Assembly: GCF_001194135.2 (NCBI RefSeq)
Contig: NC_068998.1
Coordinates: 39,439,225 to 39,497,588 of the forward strand
Origin: Octopus bimaculoides
Lineage: Eukaryota
Length of the DNA: 58,364 nucleotides
Direction of reading: 5' to 3'
Every line of letters starts with the position of its first letter. Within the stretch, counting starts at the first letter, position 1. The notes beneath the pieces are model-generated. The model did not search any database. It was not told the DNA's origin and worked only from the letters and a program-made list of their open reading frames with translations. The position numbers and the translations under genes are program-made. Positions 54,934 to 58,364 of the stretch are shown here, in pieces.

Positions 54934-55821
54934 CATCCACATACACACACACATGCGCGTATATGAGGGTGATTGAAAAGTTCATAAGCTGACCAAGATA
55001 TTTGCTTGGAATGTTACTAAATGAGGTTTACTTTTCCCCTAGCAGTCCACACTCTTCTTCCATTAGTGTTGCAGTGCTTGGATCCCAATGGTGAAGAAGC
55101 TTTCATCCTGTTAGTCAACAGCAGACATGACATCATCATCACTGTGATGTTGGTTCCCAACCAACTGCTTTTTCATGTTAGGGAACATATAATAGTCAGA
55201 TCGGGCCAAATCAAGAGAATAGGGAGAGTGATCAACTAATTCAAAGCCACAGTCATGCACAGCAGCCATTGAAACCTATAACTTGTGTGCTGGAGCATTG
55301 TCCTCATGAAACAAGACCCCTTTCATCAGTTTTGCTGTTTTTTATTTTTGTTCTTGATAGCTTTTCGTAACTGCCTCAGCAAGTTTGCATGGTACTCTCC
55401 ATTGATGGTGTGGCCCTTTTGAAGATGGTCAATAAACATAATGCCTTTCACATCCCAAAAATTGAGGCCATCATCTTCCCTACAAATGAAACGACTTTGG
55501 CCTTCTTTGGAGCAGATGAAGATGGGTGTTTTCACTGCATGGATTGTCTGTTTGCCTCTGGCTCAAAGTGATGCTAAAGGCATCTGGAGACCTTGTAGTG
55601 GTATTAAACTAGATGATGGATTAAGAGTACTTACTACCCAAGATTACAACAATAACACTATCATCAACACTAACAACATAAGAGTAATATATAAGAATAG
55701 AATAAAATAAAAACAATGCATTTCTTACCAACTGCATAAACGGTTCTTCACAAGACATGAAAATATTGTGTCGATATATTTAGAAAGATGGCTGAAGTTC
55801 CTACAATTCTTGTATCTACGG
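21644..55821 (-). CDS. NEK10: NEK10 (NIMA-related kinase 10), multi-exon gene span; 5' and 3' ends not fully resolved
   Basis: 26 GT-AG exons join in frame by hand. The product has ARM-repeat segments (CCAALTELVLDDTNAHQ, LRFLFSVERNRRLFKRL), kinase motifs GSGGFG, ALKE, HRDLTPNN, DFG and GTILYSCPE, and C-terminal RVRQISDPILQMLHPLHKIIYITQLPP, all matching human NEK10 as I recall it. Confidence 0.96.
21750..21997 (-). mobile_element. tRNA-head SINE family C (core TTGCTCCAGTCCACTCAGCTG)
   Basis: Head GTGGCCTAGTGGTTAGGG...GGTTTCAATTCC. Copies at about 7650-7850 -, 8215-8320 +, 15640-15770 -, 22110-22410 +. Confidence 0.88.
23350..23479 (-). CDS. NEK10: NEK10 exon: LLTGSQEVIDLAYGLGDSGFQRPSCLTLLEPANMDDNDPNNMS
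   Basis: CCAG acceptor, G|GTAAGA donor, 130 nt. LxxGSxExI resembles human LSQGSPEPI. Confidence 0.9.
25111..25221 (-). CDS. NEK10: NEK10 exon: LPPPLQPNGRRRIIEQFKRALFSPQSTSDSLKKELNK
   Basis: Long pyrimidine tract with CAG acceptor, AAG|GTTAAA donor, 111 nt. Confidence 0.95.
26193..26317 (-). CDS. NEK10: NEK10 exon: NSYSVSTSTATVTISPSRVRQISDPILQMLHPLHKIIYITQ
   Basis: TTTCAG acceptor, CAG|GTAATT donor, 125 nt. Matches human VRQISDPIQQ...LHKIIYITQ. Confidence 0.96.
27453..27803 (-). CDS. NEK10: NEK10 acidic/Ser-rich linker exon (TWTSEEELYLSYHG...LSLVIPNT)
   Basis: CTTTTCCAG acceptor, G|GTAATA donor, 351 nt open, phase 1 to 1, compatible with both neighbours. Confidence 0.82.
28055..28269 (-). 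mobile_element. tRNA-head SINE family B (core CTTTGCCTTTCATCCTTTCGGGGTCGATAAA..AAGTACCAG)
   Basis: Head GGCGAGCTGGCAGAA, B box GAGTTCAAATTCC. Copies at about 3360-3500, 18930-19140, 20740-20950, 20970-21185, 22600-22800, 25930-26155, 27160-27250, 37580-37760, 44690-44810, 44900-45080, 45120-45350, 47170-47380 and 48820-48945 (all -) and 7215-7280 (+). The core resembles the Meta/MESC SINE domain from memory. Confidence 0.9.
28773..28878 (-). CDS. NEK10: NEK10 linker exon: EGDYDYSVELDYNDNKGNSKKEPFSFDNVTETEDQ
   Basis: TTACAG acceptor, G|GTGAGG donor, 106 nt, phase 0 to 1. Complex sequence island inside a (GAT)n field. Confidence 0.8.
29972..30083 (-). CDS. NEK10: NEK10 exon: YFFEAVSNKQNYQKLFVASQEHLNHFSDPSSSSREEK
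   Basis: TTCTCTTTCTAG acceptor, AAG|GTAATT donor, 112 nt. YFxEA follows RTQ(K/R) as in human. Confidence 0.92.
30727..30876 (-). CDS. NEK10: NEK10 exon: CLSVKPEDRPDVYQLTALISDKMLLHIDCLQLRENSLKRKLEKERSRTQ
   Basis: CCAG acceptor, AA|GTGAGT donor, 150 nt. End of kinase domain and coiled coil. Confidence 0.95.
31045..31255. mobile_element. Tc1/mariner-type MITE, TA TSD
   Basis: TA-CAGGGTGTGGCAGAAATACCTCCTACATTT ... AAATGTGGGAGGTATTTCTGCCGCAGCCTG-TA. Confidence 0.88.
31475..31545 (-). CDS. NEK10: NEK10 exon: IVEADYKPVPEKLYSAQLLQVIS
   Basis: TTTCAG acceptor, AG|GTATGG donor, 71 nt. Confidence 0.95.
32383..32512 (-). CDS. NEK10: NEK10 exon: PEVIKNDPYGEKTDIWALGCIVYEMCTLQPPFFSTNMLTLAKK
   Basis: TTTTACAG acceptor, AAG|GTCAGT donor, 130 nt. 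Confidence 0.97.
33246..33324 (-). CDS. NEK10: NEK10 exon: DFGLAKHNQGKQREMTSVVGTILYS
   Basis: CACAG acceptor, TG|GTAAAT donor, 79 nt. DFG and activation loop. Confidence 0.97.
33910..34134. mobile_element. piggyBac-type MITE (TTAA-CCCTTTAG...CTAAAGGG-TTAA)
   Basis: TTAA flanks and CCCT/AGGG-type ends; reverse-oriented homologue of 46755-46981. Confidence 0.85.
35648..35750 (-). CDS. NEK10: NEK10 exon: MLLALRYLHKEKGIVHRDLTPNNIMIGEQDRVTV
   Basis: AACAG acceptor, A|GTGAGT donor, 103 nt. NEK10-type catalytic loop HRDLTPNN. Confidence 0.97.
36817..36938 (-). CDS. NEK10: NEK10 exon: QKLYIVMELIDGAPLKEHFNSLKEKRCLFEESRIWNILIQ
   Basis: CAG acceptor, CAA|GTAAGT donor, 122 nt. Confidence 0.97.
37371..37581 (+). 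mobile_element. RTE LINE 3' UTR copy (others at about 23137-23280 +, 34410-34560 +, 36435-36603 +)
   Basis: Conserved UTR motifs and (GAT)n tail. Confidence 0.9.
38125..38266 (-). CDS. NEK10: NEK10 exon: INLQNPVFGKNETERSNSIGKMISELNIIREQLRHQNIVRYYKTFQL
   Basis: CAG acceptor, G|GTAAGT donor, 142 nt. Contains the alphaC Glu and HxNIVRYY. Confidence 0.97.
39726..39896 (-). CDS. NEK10: NEK10 exon: kinase subdomains I-II (LLGSGGFGSVYKVKKATGQSFLALKE)
   Basis: TTTTCCAG acceptor, GAA|GTGAGT donor, 171 nt. Contains the G-loop and catalytic Lys. Confidence 0.97.
40296..40418. mobile_element. 123-bp mariner-type MITE, 28-bp TIR, TA TSD, nested in a SINE (TA)n hinge
   Basis: TA-CGAGGGGTGTATGAAAAGTTTTGAGCCT ... 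AGGCTCAAGACTTTTCATACACCCCTCG-TA. Confidence 0.92.
41045..41345 (+). mobile_element. RTE LINE 3' UTR copy (minus-strand fragments at about 40860-41000 and 43799-43920)
   Basis: Conserved UTR motifs and (GAT)n tail. Confidence 0.9.
41755..42345 (+). mobile_element. R4/Dong-clade 3' fragment in NEK10 intron
   Basis: EGENVLILWDFPVYTDKTIKANKPDIIIKD...LLID...EFDKISKY and MWHPKATTVPVIVGSLG; ends in AATAATAAT. Confidence 0.9.
42596..42763 (-). CDS. NEK10: NEK10 exon: KNSFRTLRFLFSVERNRRLFKRLLPAELYEMFIDVGHY...NNLP
   Basis: TTTTCAG acceptor, CCT|GTAAGT donor, 168 nt. Confidence 0.96.
42850..43010 (+). mobile_element. SINE family A head+body ending at (TA)n, no tail
   Basis: GGCATGGCTGTGTGGTAAG (A-box-like), GGTTCAATCCC (B box). 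Similar tailless copies at about 1770-1960 +, 2468-2630 +, 8760-8915 -, 43957-44115 +. Confidence 0.9.
44430..44578 (-). CDS. NEK10: NEK10 exon: CCAALTELVLDDTNAHQIVLANGIYILGQLILPRPMNDRRKDLAIGILQ
   Basis: CAG acceptor, CAG|GTTTGT donor, 149 nt. Near-identical signature motif. Confidence 0.96.
45843..45882 (-). CDS. NEK10: NEK10 exon: DLNTFELSCSLKS
   Basis: CTACAG acceptor, G|GTATTT donor, 40 nt, phase 0 to 1. Leads into A-CCAALTE like human SLQAACCAALTE. Confidence 0.85.
46105..46168 (-). CDS. NEK10: NEK10 exon: EKITETPSLENGTSGKEAEIQ (divergent loop)
   Basis: TACAG acceptor, CAG|GTGAGT donor, 64 nt, phase 2 to 0, which fits both neighbours. Confidence 0.8.
46578..46709 (-). CDS. NEK10: NEK10 exon: QLHNSNMELQWQVIWCLVNLSEDANARHEIKQMGGIPLLLSLL
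   Basis: TTTCAG acceptor, CA|GTAAGT donor, 132 nt. ARM repeat. Confidence 0.94.
46755..46981. mobile_element. piggyBac-type MITE
   Basis: TTAACCCTTTAGCATT ... AATTCTAAAGGGTTAA. Confidence 0.9.
47639..47731 (-). CDS. NEK10: NEK10 exon: LASTLLRTLLCDDQQSRELVKNYEGIPVLL
   Basis: TTTCAG acceptor, AG|GTGGGT donor, 93 nt. YEGIPVLL is conserved. Confidence 0.94.
48134..48220 (-). CDS. NEK10: NEK10 exon: PEACKLVGHLNVVEILLKIIQEYDDTSK
   Basis: TTTTGTAG acceptor, AA|GTAAGA donor, 87 nt. Matches human LNIVENLLMILHEYD. Confidence 0.93.
49099..49178 (-). CDS. NEK10: NEK10 exon: SLVLLISFPDLLLVHCSLHCLITLTK
   Basis: TAG acceptor, AG|GTAAAT donor, 80 nt, phase 0 to 2. ARM-repeat helix. Confidence 0.88.
50802..51034. 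mobile_element. piggyBac-type MITE (partial copy also at about 38990-39125)
   Basis: GTAACCCTTTAGCATT ... GCTAAGGGGTTAA, with the same internal sequence as 46755-46981. Confidence 0.88.
51158..51225 (-). CDS. NEK10: NEK10 exon: IFHKLSTCADQRKWLLTADVYQ
   Basis: CAG acceptor, CAG|GTAAAT donor, 68 nt, phase 1 to 0. Matches human IFQKLAAVKDQREW. Confidence 0.92.
51833..51911 (-). CDS. NEK10: NEK10 exon: ILKENVNRYLQYGETPYVREILKEVT
   Basis: CTTTTTCAG acceptor, A|GTGAGA donor, 79 nt, phase 0 to 1. Confidence 0.9.
52384..52614. mobile_element. hAT (Charlie-like) MITE with perfect 8-bp TSD ATATACAT
   Basis: TIR CAGTGGTTCTCAACC / GGTTGAGAACCATTG. ATATACAT at 52376-52383 and 52615-52622. Confidence 0.92.
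52628..52750 (+). mobile_element. Short Penelope-like fragment
   Basis: LDKHIPENHKYRKIFNRCSVKLPYSCFPKIKNII matches the 54700-54800 segment in the opposite orientation. Confidence 0.8.
53396..53522 (-). CDS. NEK10: NEK10 exon: KWKQLIPSDNLLRLLVSLRIIMRDKTYRTLFFDLNGIKSSAE
   Basis: CAG acceptor, GAG|GTAGG donor, 127 nt, phase 2 to 0. Matches human LICLRLLMRD. Confidence 0.92.
53656..53889. mobile_element. Fold-back MITE-like element with about 69-bp near-perfect arms
   Basis: 53656-53725 is the reverse complement of 53821-53889 with few mismatches. No clear TSD. Confidence 0.82.
54250..54816 (-). mobile_element. Penelope-like element fragment (GIY-YIG endonuclease region)
   Basis: FLSLLDKHFPENQKCRKI, VVYEVKV...YIG...KSRYGNHLSSF...LASHVW and KCKLC, the usual Penelope-like C-terminus; frameshifted. 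Confidence 0.85.
54964..55580 (-). mobile_element. Mariner transposase remnant with one TIR (irritans/Himar-like)
   Basis: Reverse strand reads HHFEPE..RQSMQW, DVKGIMFIDHLQKGHTINGEY and GFELVDHSPYSLDLARSDY (YSPDLAPSDY motif). TA plus TGAGGGTGATTGAAAAGTT end. Stops and frameshifts. Confidence 0.9.
55729..55821 (-). CDS. NEK10: NEK10 exon: RRYKNCRNFSHLSKYIDTIFSCLVKNRLCS
   Basis: TTTTTCTTTCAG acceptor, TG|GTAAGA donor, 93 nt. Matches human YKNERNFS...LVKNRLIS. Confidence 0.9.
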
Positions 55822-56306
55822 CTGAAAGAAAAACCAGTGAAATTCAAATGGCTATGAGCTAAACATTGTATTCATTGAAGTAAAAATAATAAAAATACAA
55901 GTTGTAAGCATTTATTGTTATGACCCTCGTTATGGCATCAACTCCCCACCATCAAATTAGTAACTTATCTATGATGTTTCATAAGATAATCTATAGCCAT
56001 GGGTCAGTTAGATAGGCAAACACAAATAAGCAATGGTTAGGATAGTTAGCATATTTAATGCAGGGAGCAACTAAAAGCAAATTCAAAATAATTAAGCAGT
56101 AAGGAATGAATAAACAATACTAGTCAATGATAAATATCATTTACAATTTTTCAGCAAGTAAAGGGAGACTGCTCTTGACATATTCTAATCTTATTGTGAT
56201 CTCATCAGAGAAACACAGCATTCATTGTACCTGCTGAAGTAGTGATGGAAGAATCACTAAGTAAATGTACAAGATCTGCAGATGTGGTCAGAATAAGATC
56301 AAATAC

Positions 56307-56326
56307 CTCAGAAATTTTCTCTCAAA
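56307..56326 (-). CDS. NEK10: Candidate NEK10 micro-exon (FERKFL-S)
   Basis: Strong polypyrimidine tract TTTTTGTTTTTTCAGCAAG. The second AG plus the GAG|GTATTT donor gives 20 nt (phase 0 to 2), bridging 57755 to 55821 in frame. Alternative boundaries exist. Confidence 0.3.
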
Positions 56327-57334
56327 CTTGCTGAAAAAACAAAAATAATATTAATAATTGACTGCTATTTTTTTTTTCATCACAGAATTATTTCTACAGG
56401 TATCAAACCAACTTCCCAAACACTGATGAGCCAGGACCTTTTATAATCTGCACTTACTTACAAGTAGGAACTTCAAATTCCTGCAGTAGCTAGACTAATT
56501 TATTGGTACCTTGTGCAGACTAGTACCTTGCACAGTACAGTATTAATAAACTTGTATTGTTTATACTAATATACTGGTACCAGTATTTCATTTAATAATT
56601 TAAGTAAATTTAATATTTGTTTGAATTACAGGTAACTGCCCCTGGTTCTGAAAAATCAGTTATCTAGAAAAGCTTTGGAACCAAAGATTCAGAAAAATAA
56701 TTGATGTGCCTGTAATTAGCTTTTTAATACTTCTTATGTCACATATGTTATCATTAAGTTAACTATTACTTTCCATGCAGATGGCCCTTTTGAATAAATT
56801 TTTCTTTGAACAGTTACATTAGATTGTAAAGGTTTAGCCCAAACTCTCTTTTAAATGGTTTTTGTAGCCCCAAAATGTTAAAAATACAGGCATTTTTTCC
56901 AACAAAAGAAATATAATATAGCAAATTCTTGGCTGGTCTGTAAACCTTAGATTTTGAAGCATAAATTTGACAAGAAATGCTTGGGTCATACATTTATTTT
57001 AAGCTTTGATTTTTTTTTTTTTTTGCACTATGAACAAATATTTTTGTACAAATGTTATAGATATATAACATAATGATGAATTAAAGACTTTAAATAAGTA
57101 TAAAGAAAATATTTCAGAAATAACAAGCAACATACCTAAACTGTTCTAATGCATGTGCTTCTAATGAAAAATGTCTGGAAGTGGTGTGACTTTCTATGAT
57201 TTCTCTTGTGTTTGCCTCTTCATTGAAATCCTGTAATGGTAAACACATGAATTTCAACAGGATGATACAAAAGAAGAAGAAGAAGAAGGAGGAGGAGGAG
57301 GAGAAGAAGAAAACGTGTGTGTGTGTGTGTGTGT

Positions 57335-57728
57335 GTTTTACTTGTTTCAGTCATTTGACTGCAGCCATGCTGGAGCACTGCCTAGAAGTAATTTTGTCGA
57401 ACAATTCGACCCCAGGACTTATTTTTAAGCCTAGTACTTATTGCATTGGTCTCTTTTCCGAACTGCTAAGTTACAAGGGTGTAAACGCACCAACACTGGT
57501 TGTCAAGTGATGATGGGGGTGACAAACACACAAAGACACACAGGCGTAGATATCTACATATGTATCTATATATATGACAGGCTTCTTTCAGTTTCTGCTT
57601 GCCAAATCCACTCAGAAGGCTTTGGTCAGCCCAAGGCTAAAGCAGAGGACATTTGCCCAAGGTGCCACGCAGTCGGACTGAACCTGAAATTATGTGGTTG
57701 GGAAGTAGGCTTCTTACCACATGGCCAC
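57335..57728 (-). mobile_element. tRNA-head SINE family A with tail 2 (...AATAAGTACTAGGCTT...GACTGAAACAAGTAA)
   Basis: Same head and body as above, then (TA/TG)n, then a different tail. Other copies at about 5720-5980, 9205-9515, 14525-15365, 25432-26178, 26820-27000, 50040-50405 and 51325-51688 (all -) and 8095-8205 (+, tail only). Confidence 0.9.
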
Positions 57729-57754
57729 TGTTTACTTCAGTAATAAATTCTTAC

Positions 57755-57805
57755 CTGTAAGTTTATCTCGGATGCATTAACAACATCAAACAAGGTTTTC
57801 AACAC
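57755..57805 (-). CDS. NEK10: Candidate upstream NEK10 exon (VLKTLFDVVNASEINLQ)
   Basis: TTTGCAG acceptor, CAG|GTAAGA donor, 51 nt open only in phase 0. No convincing homology. Confidence 0.4.
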
Positions 57806-57909
57806 CTGCAAATCACTGAAATTATAGAGAAAAAGAGTGATGGCTCAGGTTTTTGTTATTAAAGTCATATTAATAAGCAGATTAGTTGTCATGAAATTAC
57901 ACCATATAT

Positions 57910-58217
57910 ATATATATATATTCGAGCGAGATCGTTGCCAGTGCCGCTGGGCTGGCTCCTGTGCAGGTGGCATGTAAAATACACCATTTTGAGTGTGGCT
58001 CTTGCCAGTACTGCCTGACTGACCTTCGTGCCGGTGGCACGTAAAAGCACCCACTACACTCTCGGAGTGGTTGGTTGGCGTTAGGAAGGGCATCCAGCTG
58101 TAGAAACTCTGCCAAATCAGAGATTGGAGCCTGGTGTAGCTACCTGGTCCATCAGTCCTCAGTCAAATCGTCCAACCCATGCTAGCATGGAAAGCAGACG
58201 TTAAACGATGATGATGA
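57910..58217 (+). mobile_element. RTE LINE 3' UTR copy
   Basis: Starts GATCGTTGCCAGTG as just after the ORF stop at 17141, and ends GTTAAACGATGATG. Confidence 0.9.
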
Positions 58218-58364
58218 TATATATATATATATATATATTTCGTTGTGTCTAGGGAGAGTCATTCTCTTTTAGTGCCTTATTATTTAACATATTCACTCAT
58301 TTACCTATTTATTTTTCCTAAAATTTTTGCTGCATCTTGCAACCTTTTCAATAGACGTTGACTT

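Noticed and set aside
56231-56330. Selenocysteine or readthrough at the in-frame TGA
   Set aside because: No SECIS evidence, NEK10 is not a known selenoprotein, and the end phase is incompatible with the next exon.

Overview
AT-rich, microsatellite- and SINE-dense metazoan genomic DNA with eight N-gaps. The repeat families and (TA)n/(CA)n/(GAT)n load suggest an octopus or other coleoid cephalopod draft assembly (inference). The main feature is a minus-strand NEK10 kinase gene (ARM repeats, then kinase, coiled coil and C-terminal domain). I traced 26 consecutive phase-compatible GT-AG exons from 55821 to 23350 (3083 nt, about 1027 codons). A further exon runs into the gap at 21394-21643, and the 5' exons are ambiguous. 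The left 14 kb holds no identifiable protein, but it has a TE-poor, CpG-retaining zone (about 9.5-14.1 kb) with three minus-strand donor sites that may mark the 5' end of a second gene. The rest is a mobile-element patchwork: RTE and R4/Dong LINE fragments, Penelope and mariner remnants, at least three tRNA-head SINE families with swappable tails, and MITEs of piggyBac, hAT, Tc1/mariner and unclassified type. The most interesting signals are the modular SINE system sharing a tail with the RTE LINE, a strong strand bias of SINEs inside NEK10, a TIR element with a 6-bp TSD and an internal telomere-repeat hairpin, and long hairpins beside NEK10 splice sites. There is no CRISPR, rRNA or true tRNA gene. 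Exon coordinates were read base by base; repeat boundaries are approximate (about 10-20 nt). Protein and repeat family assignments come from recalled sequences, not database searches.
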